From positions 92,814,001-92,878,000 of the forward strand of contig OX597821.1 of the NCBI GenBank assembly GCA_951406725.2: 64,000 nt of DNA, written 5' to 3'. The stretch's first letter is position 1. Every line of letters starts with the position of its first letter. The position numbers and the translations under genes were made by a program. This stretch comes from Octopus vulgaris (taxonomy: Eukaryota). The notes beneath the pieces are model-generated. The model was given only the letters and a program-made list of their open reading frames with translations, had not been told where the DNA came from and did not search any database. Positions 39,002 to 52,427 of the stretch are shown one piece after another.

Positions 39002-39559
39002 CATATATACATATATACATATATGTGTGCGTGCATGTCTGTGAGGGTGTTGTGCGCATGTGTGCCTTTTAAAGATAGGCAGTGCAACAGCGTGCAAGTG
39101 CATGCACTGTGTCGAATTCTTGAATTTTCACACTTTCCTTCCGTATTCTCTCTTTTTCTCTGTTAGTTTGTCATACACATAAAAACACACACTTTCTGTC
39201 AATACACACAAATTTCTGTGACAAAAGCCTTATATACAGACAAAAGTTATTCTGTCTCTGTGTGTATATATATAAGCATATATACATATATATATACATA
39301 CACACATACACACTCCTGCATTATATAATGATATATACGTATAAACATATTCATATATATACATATCAACACACACACACACACATACACACATATATAT
39401 ATGTCTGTGTATGCATGCATAATTTCAAAGGTTTAGTAACGTAACTAGTAACGACTGGCAAGTAAAGAAATTAAAGACGTAAAAACGTGGGAGAAAAATA
39501 TTTATTAATTCTAATGATTCATGACAAACTGAAAGGAAAATGAAAAATAGATTAGATTA

Positions 39560-40070
<511 letters not shown>

Positions 40071-40608
40071 GACAATCAGTTTTAAAGGCAAAATGTGAGA
40101 AATGATAAAATTTAATTAAATATAGGCATTATCGTATTAATGTGAAAGACTGAAAGAAAATTCTGTATTAAATTGGGGTTAATTATGAAAGGTAAAATGG
40201 ATAATGTAAATAATGAATCTAAGCAATATAGGTAAAAGAGTTTAAAAGTTTCTAAAAACAAAATAAAGTTAAATAATGTGTATATTTGGGTGCAGGCGAA
40301 CGTAAGAAGCGAAGATACCTGGGTACAGGTGAACGTATGAATAGAATGAATGAAAAACCGAAAATATAAAAGGTTTAAGTTAACGTGTAATAAATCCTGA
40401 AAAAATCCTTTAAAATGTTTTAGCCCGAAGGCCGCGGTCATGCTGGGGCACCACCGCTGAAATGTTTAAAAATGTTTAAAAATATTGAAAATATGTTTTA
40501 AAAATCAGATATTCTTAAAATTGATCTGTACTATGGGTGGTTGGATTAGTGGTGAGAAATTTCACTGAATATGAAATAAATGAAGATGGGTGTAAGTGTA
40601 TAATAGTT

Positions 40609-41048
40609 CGATCTTTTCGGTTTGAACGGCAATTTTTAACATAATTTCTAGGTAACTAGAAAAAAATTTAAACTTCGTATACTGGTAGAATGTGTTTATA
40701 AAACATCTTTTTCTCTTGGCTTTATTGAAAAAATTCTATAGTCTGTAAGATATTTGTTGTTTTTTCTTCAATTTCTGCAATTTCAACCAATCGATGACGT
40801 CCATTGAGGTAAAAAAAACAAAACATTCTGTGCCGTATGAATATGTCCCTCGTTTAAGAAACAGATTGGGTTTATTTACATTTGTGAAGAAAAAAAGATA
40901 CCCTTCCCCCCACCTCTAACCCTAACCCTAACTAACCCTAGCCCTAAAACACATTGAAATGCAATAGATTGATACTAGGGTCATAATTATGGGTGACAAT
41001 TTCATATGACACCGCTAGAAAAAACTGCCGTTCAAACCGAAAAGATCC
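40609..41048 (-). mobile_element. Second copy of the TTAGGG-containing MITE
   Basis: Same TIRs as 34132-34538, opposite orientation, TSD TAATAGTT, CCCTAA repeats near 40913-40946. Confidence 0.9.
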
Positions 41049-41164
41049 TAATAGTTGCGCAGACTAAGTTTAATGAATAATAGACTTGAAATGTAAAAAT
41101 AAAATAAAAGGTGTTGCTTTCCTATCTATATATGCAAATGTGTGTGTGTGTGTGTGTGTGTCGT

Positions 41165-41380
41165 GGCACTCCGTCTGTTACGACGACGGGAGTAACAGTT
41201 GATCCAATCAACGGAACAGCCTGCTCGTGAAATTAACGTGCAAGTGGCTGAGCACTCCACAGACACGTGTACCCTTAGCGTAGAACTCGGGGAGATTCAG
41301 TGTGACGCTGTGTGTGACAATGCCGGCCCTTTGAAATACAGGTATAACAGAAACAGGAAGACAGAGAGAAAGTTGTGGTA
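41165..41380 (-). mobile_element. SINE family C 3' fragment
   Basis: Matches 20112-20335. Confidence 0.85.
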
Positions 41381-41630
41381 AGGTACCTTAGATTTTCCTT
41401 TTCGAGCAATCAGCTGAACCAATGAATCCTTAACAAATATGCAGTCACTTGAATGGAATTCTCTTCTGTTTTACCGTCCATCCTTCCAGCCATCCTTCTA
41501 TTAAAATGTGCACGTTCATATATCTTCCATTTTATACTCTCTCACTCTGCAACTCCTCTGATCACATCACCTCTTCTAATCGTCAAGAAGCGACAGATAC
41601 CTGGGACCTATTTCTGAATAAGCTCTAGAG

Positions 41631-41989
41631 CAGAGATTCTCAACCATTGTTTTATCTACGGACCCCTTTGATAACTATTTTATTCTGGTGGATCCCCATA
41701 ACAACCCGATGTTGAAAATCTAGTTTTATAGAAGCTTCTTTGAAACCCCTATTTTGTTTTTCAAATATTATGTTGTGTAGGTTGAGCTATGTAAAATGTT
41801 ACAGAAAGATGCTTAGCTGATTCTTGCAATACATACCAATACATATACCGACAGTAAAATATTTTTCAGGGTTCCTTCAAATACGTTTGTGGATCCCCAA
41901 TTTACAATTTTGTCACGTAGATCCCCCCAAATATAAAATGAACCCTCGGGGGTCAGGGTCATTGCCCTACAGCTTATTGAGGACCACTG
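41631..41989. mobile_element. Old hAT (Charlie-like) MITE
   Basis: Ends CAGAGATTCTCAA / TTGAGGACCACTG; left flank CTCTAGAG matches the Charlie-type target; TSD degenerate. Confidence 0.55.
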
Positions 41990-42319
41990 CCTTACAGCCT
42001 GTTCAGACATCTTCAAATATTACTGTTGGAATATTGTACCACCTATTCTTTCATCTCAGATAGCACAATGTTAACTACCCGCCAGATAATGTTATCAAGC
42101 CACTTCACGCACGCTGCTTATCTACCACTGCGCGTAGTGCTTTGGTAGACTTTATTCTGTCGCTCGACATGCTAGAAGTAGCAGTCGAATTCTCTCAAAT
42201 CAGAATCCGACAGTCTTTAGCAAGAGGACGCATCTGCATTTATACATCTGCCTTTATGCATCCTTCTTTTCTAAGTTTTAATTTCCTACATGTCTGTCTA
42301 TCTATCCATCCATCTATCT

Positions 42320-42389
<70 letters not shown>

Positions 42390-43271
42390 GGAATTTACAA
42401 AACAAAGACAAAAGACGAAGTCAGGTGTATAAACAAAAAAAAACAGGTTTATTAGTTTAACACTTGGGAAGGTGAGAAAGTCTTTTACGCTTCGAGCTCA
42501 CGCTCTTCAAAAGAAAGGTACACGAGAAAATGAACAGAGATAGGATAAGGAAAAAGCTAAAAATCCTTCAAGGTGGTGCTTCGGCATGGCCGCAGTCAAA
42601 TGAGTTAAACAAATAAAAGAATATTATAATAATGTAAAAAAATTCCCATTATCTCATGATGACATTGAAGGTTGAGTGACAATATACCAACACATAAAGA
42701 TGGACTCCGTGAAAAGCCACTTGAAAATGAATTCAGGTTATATGTTCAAATACATAGATATTCAGTTTATTTCTGTGTTATTCATTTAGTTATTAAACTC
42801 ATGAAGACCTTATGAAGCAAATGTTAATATTCCAACTCGCGATGTTTTTGTGGTAACGCTTTAAGTTGAACCTAATACAGTAGTTAGCTAACACGTAGAC
42901 CTAATACTGGTCTAAATTTGCATATATATGGTCCATGATCTGATTTTTAGAAAAACGTTTACTAGAACTGCATTGGTAATATAACATATACGCTTACATG
43001 CATAGATAAACACACATGCACATCACAGAAGAAATATGGAACAATGTTCTGTGTGCTCTAACATCAAAATATAATGTTGTCAGCATTAACTTGTAATTAT
43101 TGTGTATAGATATTCGTGTATACAAATTCAAATATACACACAAGCATTCATATACCTTGAAAGAATACGTGCATACATAGACACGTAAATTCAAGGTAAT
43201 CTACATAATATATATATATATATATGTAATATACACATATAATATATAGAATTATATAATTATACAGTGAA

Positions 43272-43400
43272 GGCGGCGAGCTAGCAGAATCGTTACCGCA
43301 CCGGGCAAAATGTCTCGCGGCATTTCGCCCGTCTGAGTTCTGAGTTCAAGTTCCGCCAAGGTCGACTTTGCCTTTCATCCTTTTGGGGTTGATAAATTAA
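43272..43400 (+). mobile_element. SINE family A, 3'-truncated
   Basis: Head and central domain only. Confidence 0.85.
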
Positions 43401-43496
43401 GAGAGCAGAAAGGATTACATAATTATAAAGTAAGCATGCTGTCAGCAACGAACGAGTATGGATTATAACATATTCTATATTTTTGTTGTTTTCAGT

Positions 43497-43750
43497 GTCC
43501 GTGTTCTTGAGCAAGACACTTTATTTCACGTTGCTCCAGCTGACTCAGCTATAGAAATGAGTTGCGACGTCACTGTTGCCAAGCTGTATCAGCCTTTGCC
43601 TTTCCCTTGGATAACATCGGTGGCGTGGAGGGGTAATAATGGTACGCATGAGCGACTGCTGGTCTTGCATAAACAACCTTATCCGGACTTGTGCCTGGGA
43701 GGGTAACTTTCTAGGTGCAATCTCATGGCCATTTATGACCCAAGGTGGTG
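43497..43750 (+). mobile_element. SINE family D, 5'-truncated
   Basis: Matches 20580-20830. Confidence 0.85.
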
Positions 43751-44167
43751 TCTTTATTATTCAGTGTCTTTGTAGTCTCGAGCGGACATAGACATCCTCT
43801 TGACTTCCCACTCTTTATCCCAACAGTAATCCAGGGTGTAACGGCCGGAGACAGGGAAAGAGAGTACTGCACCAGAACTCTGCTAGTACTCGTCTTCATT
43901 TGAGTAAGCGGGAGCAATGTGATATGAAGAGCCTTGCTCAAGGATACATGCCTCCCAGCCAAAGACTGGACATTATGACCGTGAGCCGATCACACTAGGT
44001 GCCACATTTATTATCATATTATGTTGCTATGTGTGTCTACACATACACACATATATATTCGTTATGTGCAACAGAAGCATTAGTTTAAAATAGTAACCTG
44101 TGCATCTTAGATAAAGCAGATACATTTACTACTTTAATTAACTGCGGTATTCGTTTCAAGATAGGTG

Positions 44168-44220
<53 letters not shown>

Positions 44221-44426
44221 GAGAGAGAGAGAGATATTTGATAGTAGCATGATCTCTCGTGGAATTGGTACGCTCGACGTTTGTTCTTAATGTTGAACTA
44301 TTTTCCGTTTTGACCGTAATTGTAAATGTCTAATTTGTATATAATTTACACCCAAAGTTCAACTTTTCACATTATACCTAATATTTGCGTATGCGAGTGT
44401 GTGTGTGTGTGTGCATATATATCTAC

Positions 44427-44479
<53 letters not shown>

Positions 44480-45834
44480 CAAATATGTAGATGTGTGTTT
44501 ATATATGTATGTATATATGTATGCATATACACATGAGTGTGTAGATGAGTGGGGGGGGGAGTATGTGTGTATTTGTGATTAGTACATGTTATGTTAGTGC
44601 GTATTTCTTTTGCGTTATCGCTTTCATCATTTGACATTCATATTTGTGAGAAATTCTGTATAGAAAAGAGACTTAGTTCAGAATTGTTCGCACTTATCTA
44701 ATTTTCTTTTATGTCGTGTGATCTTGTAGAATGTTATTGCTCCTTGTTTTGAAGCAGCAAGAAATCATTATAATTTATAGCCAATGTAACTGTTGGAGTC
44801 ATGAAGTTTGCAACTTTTACATTTACAATTAAATGCGTAAATGATTATTGGCCATTATTAGTATGCTGGTGTGATTACCAGAGGCTTGTGATTAGTCATT
44901 AGTAAAGAGATTTTTAGTTTCAATGTTTTTGTAGTATGTTATTAGAGATAATTTTGCTTTCTGTTTTATGAGTTTTTGATAGTTTGTTGATTTATTTTAT
45001 AGTTGATATACATTTGTTCCATTTGATTCATTAATTCAATTCTCTTTGTGCTGTTTGTTCATTATCAATATGTGTAGTGTCTGATGTATTTATTACAGTG
45101 TATATATGTTTGTATTATTCTATGATTTGATCTTTTTGTTTTTCCTTATTTTGTTTGCTGCTGATTAGAGCTTGTTTTATTCTGTAGACATGTTTAAGTA
45201 GTGCTTCGAGTTCAGGAGAGAAACTAAAATGCTCATATTACATTTTTGTGTCTGTTTAAACACTCACCTTTTCCGCTAAAATACAGAAATTTGTTAATGT
45301 GTTTGGCGTGGAAGAAAGAACTTGATAAATGTTATTCTTTATCGAAATGTTTATGTCTAGAAACAGAGTTATAGTATCGCCAAGAAGTTTTATTTAACTT
45401 TTCTGGATACTGAATTTAGTACGAAGTTATCTTGTTTTCTAAGTTTTCTTATTTAATTTATCAACATTTTCTGACAGATTCATTATATATGATCCCCATA
45501 AATAGTGAACACCTTATTGTACTACCTCCTTATGTCTGTTTTATGTTCTAGTTGGAATGTCAGAATCATTCCCACCATCACAGCCTTTTATGAAGTGACA
45601 ACATCTCATGACATCAACTACTTCATCCATGTTTAGGAACAGTGAAAGTGGATTCGGGAAGTTTACTGTTCCACAGAAACTGAAAGGAACTCTAATGAAA
45701 TGAAATAGGAGCAAAAAATTTCAGTAACGCTTTTTGTTTATAGTATATTGAAAAGAAATGCTGTTCTCTGTAAACATACAATTAGATATGTACATACGCA
45801 AATGAACATGCAAACAAATACGCATACACAGGCA

Positions 45835-46960
45835 CACATGGGTGTTGTACCGAAAGTAATGTAAAACATGGGCATAACTTTTAATAAACTGACATAGCTA
45901 ATTTAAATTGCACATGTTGGTAAAGTGACTCTTACGCTATCGTAAGTCTTCTGCCTATATTTTCTTCATTGCAGGCGAGAAATAGATTCCATTCAGAAGC
46001 TATGTAGCATCATTGAGATTTTGATGAATGAGGAATGCATGCTGTTTGACGTCCATAGAAGGCTACATGCTGTTTGCGGAAATGATAACAGTGACAAGAG
46101 GGATGTGTACAGATGGTTGAAGAAGTTTAAAGGAAATGAAACTAATATGTAAGACCAACAGCACAGTGGGAGCTCAGTAATTACAACCACTGATACGAAT
46201 CGTCAGCGATTGAGCAAAGTGATATGCGTGGAAAGACGAGTCGCAATTTCGGGGTTTGCTACAGTTATTTCGATGGTGGAAAATTTGGGGTATCGGAAAA
46301 TGCGTACAAAGTGGACACCACGGCGGTTGATACACGTTTTGAAGAACTGAGGAGTAGAATTCTGCTCTTACCTGCCCTAAGTGTTTGAAGTAAATGAAGT
46401 ATTTATCTGACCCTTTGACTGGAAATGAAATATGGGCGTATGTAAATAGTTCGGAAATAAAAGCTGAGTACATAGAGTGGCGTTATACCTCTTTTCCGAG
46501 ACCTCAGAAGTTTGAGAGAGAGTGATCACCAAAGAATGCCATGGTGGCTGATTTTTTTCTTTTTTTTTTTTCGGAAATAATAAGGACGTCATTCTCTTTG
46601 AGTTTCTGAATCGTGGCAGTATCATGGACAGTATTACCATACTGAGACACTTTAGAATCATAGAGAAGCCATTAGGAAGGAAATACCGAGGAAGAATCTG
46701 AAAACGATTTACATTCGCCATGAAAAGGTGCGACCACACACAACTTTGGTAACATGTGTGGCAAACAGTAAACTGGACTGGTCAGTCTTCTGTCGTACAA
46801 CACAGATCTGGTGCCCCCTCCCCATCCCCACCCGACTTCTATTTATTTGGTCAATTGAAGGACAATCTTCGTGGTCAATGATGCGATGACACAGACAATG
46901 TGAAAGTAAACTGTACAGAAAATGGGTAAACTAGCACACATCGCAATTTTTTTGAAAGGG
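45835..46960 (+). mobile_element. Decayed mariner transposon (second family)
   Basis: Across frameshifts: VHRRLHAVCG..VYRWLKKFK, LGYRK..KWTPRRL, LTGNEIWAY, VILFEFLNRG, HEKVRPH, YNTDLVP, DFYLFGQLKDNLRG. Confidence 0.82.
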
Positions 46961-47599
46961 TTTAGTGTCAGTGCAAATGTATCACTTGTGGTTTATGTAG
47001 TAGCTTTTGAAAGAGGAAGAGTTACTCTACTAACATTCTACCATCTGCACGACCAATGTCAGTTAATTAAAAGCTATGCCCACTCTTGCATTTATAATTT
47101 GTCAGCATCATTCTCCTCCTCCTCCTCCTTATCATCGCCGTCATCGTCATCATCGTCATCATCATAATCATAATCATCATTGGCATCATCATCGTCGTCG
47201 AAATCATAATTATTAAGCTAAATGTCTTGAACCGTGAATTTGAGTTCCAGGATTCTAATTACACAAACGATCGAACTGGGGAAGTAAGCTGACGATAGGA
47301 AACGCTTTGCAAATTTCATCTATTCAATTACCACGCACAGAACGAGTAGTCTGCGCACAGAAATTGAAATGCTGTAAGTGTAACGAATTACAGACCAAAA
47401 TTCTCTGTATTTATGGCTAATCATATTTTACCGCATTTGCAAATATATCTGCTTACTTATTGTCACGCAGCTTCCTTACTTGAATACTTAATGCGCCTAT
47501 GTTTGGCATGGAAGATATAAAAACCAGAAAAGAATGTCTAGGATCAGCTTTGGAGTTCACTTAACGTTAGTCCTATATCTTAGTGAACTGCTCTTGGGA

Positions 47600-48200
47600 T
47601 TCAATAATAGATTTATTTATCTTCAATAATAGAGTTATTTCTCTTCTGCGGTTGTTCAGGGACATTCAGTAGTCCAGATGGTTTTTTCTTCAGGACCATA
47701 CGATAATATATTGGCCCGATGCAGAGAAAATAAATCTGTTTTATAATAAAATAAAAGGAATACTTCAGAAATTTCCGTTTTGGAACTGAAGTAGGAATTC
47801 TTGGTGTTTTCAACACATGTGTTAATGAAAATCTTCCAATCGAAACCAAACTAAAACAGTTTACTCTCACGATAAATGTGCATAGAACTGAATTTCACTG
47901 TAAATGTTCTTTGGACATAAATAGATTCACAGAGGAGCTTAAATGCATCTAAGTTGCAAGAAATGGCAAGAATAGATGATTTGAATGAGTTGTGAGATGT
48001 CCAGTTTTTTAGAGGTACAGTTTTTGTAGCCATAATCTTGTATGAAGTAAGGTTAAGTTGAAAGGTGTAAAATTAGAAAATAGATTTTTGAACTCTTACA
48101 TACGGCATACATTTCATTGCGACAAGATTTCCCAAAGATAGAAGAATTTCCTTTTCAATTTCCAGATATATTGAGACCAAGATGTTGAATTGAGTAACTG
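47600..48200 (-). pseudogene. Possible decayed Penelope-like GIY-YIG endonuclease remnant
   Basis: FKLLCESIYVQRT resembles the F.C.C...YIG.T motif; CUGAAGA follows downstream on the same strand; judged by eye. Confidence 0.3.
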
Positions 48201-48349
48201 AATTTAAAGAAATATGAGTTGAGTATACTGGGTTTCAGAAGAGCAGCTAGTTTGAACAATCTCAATGTTTTTGTCCTCAGAGAGATAACACTTGTTTACC
48301 CTTCATACACACATACATGTATACATGTGTGTATATATGCATGCATATA

Positions 48350-48430
<81 letters not shown>

Positions 48431-48727
48431 GTGGAGAGCAGTCAATCAAATGGGTGCATCCTATAAGTCCATTTATGTACAATGAGATTATTGCAACATA
48501 GTTCGATCTGATCTCGCCTATAGAAGGCTGGATATTGCCTGAGGATAAGGTGCGGTTACGCAATAATGATAAATGATGTCATATCACATAACTATCAAGC
48601 ATTGTTGCATAAATTGAAACATGTAGAAACGTTTGAGCCATTCGTTCTTGTTTCTTGAATAACGTTATATATACAGTACGTATGTTTGTATATACTTGTG
48701 TGTATGCATATATATAACTTTCTAGGT

Positions 48728-48778
<51 letters not shown>

Positions 48779-48781
<3 letters not shown>

Positions 48782-49029
48782 AAAAAAGCAACAAGAATGG
48801 ATTAAAATATCGGTACAATTGTTTCGTACGAGGACATCTTTAAAAAGCTACAAAAAATGCAGTAAATATAGATGGCTCGTACTCGTCAGCCGAAAAAACA
48901 TTTTTTTTCTATTTGTAATCACCCCACTAGTCGTATGGTTAACACCATATAGATTTCCGGTGCATCCTAGTTAAGGACCATATTCATGTGAATTCATTAG
49001 AATTCACTTGAATCTCAATTACTTAAACC

Positions 49030-49031
<2 letters not shown>
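48779..49031 (-). mobile_element. About 250-bp non-coding hammerhead-bearing element in (TA)n
   Basis: Non-repetitive sequence bounded by long (TA)n arrays on both sides; contains an intact hammerhead. Confidence 0.75.
48810..48893 (-). ncRNA. Minimal type I hammerhead ribozyme (intact core)
   Basis: Minus strand: UCGG-CUGACGA-GUACGAG..CUCGUAC-GAAA-CAAUUG-UA/CCGA. 4-bp stem I, 7-bp stem II extended by CAUCU:AGAUG, palindromic stem III ACAAUUGU, GUA triplet. Confidence 0.9.
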
Positions 49032-49107
<76 letters not shown>

Positions 49108-49129
49108 GTGGAAAGGAACACACGAGTTG

Positions 49130-49979
49130 ATATATATGAAAAAACAAGTCAAAAATAGAAAATGCTAAGATAATTTTATAGTGAATCTTTCAGTACCGGT
49201 TTCGGTCATTTTGAGACCTTTTCTACGACAAACAATTAATATACCTCAACTTTAGAATAAAAGAAATATATACACACACAAATATTACACTCCATAGAAT
49301 CCATTACTAATCAGCCCCATCACAACTATACTTTCACCCAATCATATTCTCCCATCTCTGTTTTTTTCTTCTTCTTCCTCTTCTTCTTCATCATCATCAT
49401 TATCATCATCATCGTCGTCATCATCATCACCACCATCATCACCATCATCTTCTCCTTCTCCTTCTTCTTCTTCTTCTTCTTCTTCTTCTTCTTCTACTTC
49501 TTCTTCATCATCATCATCATCAACATCGTCATCTTCTTCTTCTTCTTCTACTTTTCCCCCTTCTACCCCTTAACCTTGTCACTAATGTCTTTCAGTATAA
49601 TGCCTACGCAAATTCCATAAACAATTCCTGAATTGAACTGCGACTGCTGTCAGCCACTGACCATTCAAAATACGACCATCAAGGCATTCCCAGATTTCCC
49701 CACCCCTCTCCACATCAGCCTCCTTATTCTTCACCTACCCTACCAAGAACTCACAACGACCTCGAACACACAAGTGCAAACAAGGGAGTCAGAGAAAGGC
49801 AGAATGCCACTTATATCTGAACACTACTATAGAAATATTCTTTTAAAAAAACTTTTCTTCTAATTTTTCTAAATTTAATTATTTAATCGTTACAGTTGAA
49901 AAGGTCTCAAAATGACCGAAACCGGTACTGAAAGATTCACTATAAAATTATCTTAGCATTTTCTATTTTTGACTTGTTT

Positions 49980-49990
<11 letters not shown>
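49130..49990 (+). mobile_element. Hammerhead-bearing element with ~95-bp inverted termini
   Basis: About 49130-49223 is the reverse complement of 49898-49990; flanked by (TA)n; internal (TTC/TCA)n tract. Confidence 0.8.
49893..49930 (+). ncRNA. Minimal type I hammerhead ribozyme, U3-A8 core variant
   Basis: CAG-UUGAAAA-GGUC-UCAAAAU-GACC-GAAA-CCGG-UA/CUG. Stems I and II pair fully; palindromic ACCGGU stem III. Confidence 0.8.
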
Positions 49991-50019
<29 letters not shown>

Positions 50020-50027
<8 letters not shown>

Positions 50028-50395
50028 AGGATAAGATCGTTAATTTAATTATCGATCTTATCAAGTGGCCAGCATGGGAATAAAAACCTTCAAAGGTAAT
50101 AATTATTATTAAAATTATAATTTAAGGTATCTAAGAGATACCTCCACGCTGGAGATAGCAGCTAAAACTTGACTCTTAAGCCACATTAAATGTTCATTAC
50201 TGATGAGTCAAAGCATTTCTTATGCAAAGCCAGAAATCCGGGATCTGGAACTATCCAGCAATTTTTTGCTAGTTCATCTTGTCCTTTTGTCTACTCTCCT
50301 GGTGCGGTATGAACATTTAATGTGGTTTTAGAGTCAAATTTTAGCTGCTATTTCCCGGGTGGAGGTATCTCTTAGATACCCTAAATTATAATTAT
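50020..50395 (+). mobile_element. Hammerhead-like element with inverted repeat
   Basis: Inverted repeat 50113-50197 / 50309-50393 enclosing CTGATGA (50200) ... GAAATCCGG (50233); (TA)n flanks. Confidence 0.6.
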
Positions 50396-50404
50396 GTATA
50401 TATA

Positions 50405-50743
50405 TGAGGGTAAAGACCCCGCCCTCGGTCATGAATTACCATGTGAATGCACCTGGAAAATTACCCTCCGAGCCACAATATCTGACAAGGTTGTTTATGG
50501 AAGACTAGCAGCCGCCCATGCATACCAGCCTGTCTTCTCCACGCTACTGGTGTTATCCAAGGAGAAAGCAAAGGCCGATACAGCTTGGTACCAGGGACGT
50601 CGCATCTCATTTCCATAGCTGATTGAACTGAAGCAGCATGAAATAAAGTGTTTTACTGAAGAACACAGCACACAGCCTGGTCCAGGAATCGAACTCAATA
50701 CGTCATGATTGTGAGCTCGACGCCCTGACCACTGAGCCATGCA
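50405..50743 (-). mobile_element. SINE family D, full length
   Basis: Minus head GCATGGCTCAGTGGTCAGGGCGTCG..GAGTTCGATTCC. Confidence 0.85.
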
Positions 50744-51834
50744 TGTGTGTCTGTGTGTATGCGTACTTGTGCGTGTGTGTGTGTGTGTATGTGTGTGTGT
50801 GCGTGTTGTGTGTGTGTGTACATATATGTATCTATAATGTATATATAGATAAATTATTTAGCTGTAAGGACCTACACAGTGCAAATAAATATTTACGAAA
50901 TAGCTATGTAAATATGTGTAGGTAAACATTTAAATATACTGCAGAACAACACAATCTATTCTAAAAGATATTAAAACAAATATTCAATTAAAGTTGGGCT
51001 ATATATTAATTAATATGTCGCACGTCTAGTTTCATGATAAATTGGGAATATAAGATAAATATTAAACATATGCTATGTAAAGTCATTTCGGCCATTGTAA
51101 CTTATGTAAGGTCTGACAAAAGCAGACGACAGTTTTGTATAGATTGATAGGGAAGATTTAGGATGAAAAAATTAAACAAGTGGATTGCATTTACGATTTG
51201 TTTGTGAGTAGATAATTATTGATAATAAACATTTCGATGAATTAATATCTTATTGAAGAATCTGTTAAATATTCTAGCTATATTTTTTACTATATATAAT
51301 GCTCAGTCATTTCTCTATATACAAATGGTTTTGCTCAGAAATCTTTCTATATTGCGGCGTGCAGTTAGGCATTTAAATTGTAAATCTACCAATTTTATTT
51401 TTTTATTTCCTGCACTTTCCTTTATACGTTTTCCTTTCAGAGTGACTGAGGAAAGGAAACCTACAAACACATAAAACGGACGGGTGACTCAGTATTTTTA
51501 TATCAAAATAATCATTGGAAGATGAAATAACTTGAATTAATACTCCGAGTTTTACGATATCGATCTTCGACGGATTTTGAAAACTTTAGTATAACTTATA
51601 TATATTTATTATTTAAAATGCTTAAAGGAGGTTTTGGATAGGAAGGTGATTACTGGCTGACTAATAGAAAGAAACAAGAATAATATTATTGACTGAATTG
51701 ATATAACGAATAAATATTCACTGAAAGTTGTAAATAACTTCTAAGCACTAGTGCTGTAAAAGTCATTTGTGCAAGGAAATAATACGACAGTTGCAAACAA
51801 AATTAAATGACTGAAGAATAAATATAATATAATA

Positions 51835-52180
51835 GGAGCACTCTGTCGGTTACGACGACGAGGGTCCCAGCTGATACGATCAACGGAACAGCTTGCTCGT
51901 GGAATTCCACAGACACGTGTACCCTTAACGTAGTTCTCGGGGATATTCAGCGTGACACAGAGTGTGACAAGGCTGGCCCTTTGAAATACAGATACAACAG
52001 AAACAGGAAGAAAGAGTGAGAGAAAGTTGTGGTGAAAGAGTACAGCAGGGTTCACCACCACCCCCTGCAGGAGCCTTGTGAAGCTTTAGGTGTTTTCGCT
52101 CAATAAACACTCACAATGCCCAGTCTGGGAATCGAAACCGCGAGTCCGCTGCCCTAACCACTGGGCCATTGCGCCTCCAC
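51835..52180 (-). mobile_element. SINE family C
   Basis: Matches 20112-20475. Confidence 0.9.
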
Positions 52181-52212
52181 TAAGAAGAAGAATAAATATA
52201 TGCGTATGCGTG

Positions 52213-52427
52213 TCCATCTTTGTGTGGATGAGAGACAATCTGTGTTATGTATGTATGTGCATGCGTGTGTGTGCATGTGCATTTGTGTGTGGGTGTGTGT
52301 GTGGGTGGGTGGGTGAGGGTGTGTGTGTGCAAGAGAAACTACCCGAATGAAAATTAAAAGCATAAAAAAGAAATCTCACACTTCCAATATAAATAATAAT
52401 TTATTTCTTGAAACCTTTCGTATTAAT
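52213..52427 (+). repeat. Donor of a local ~210-bp duplication (copy at 56788-56993)
   Basis: Near-identical sequence at 56788-56993. Confidence 0.9.
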
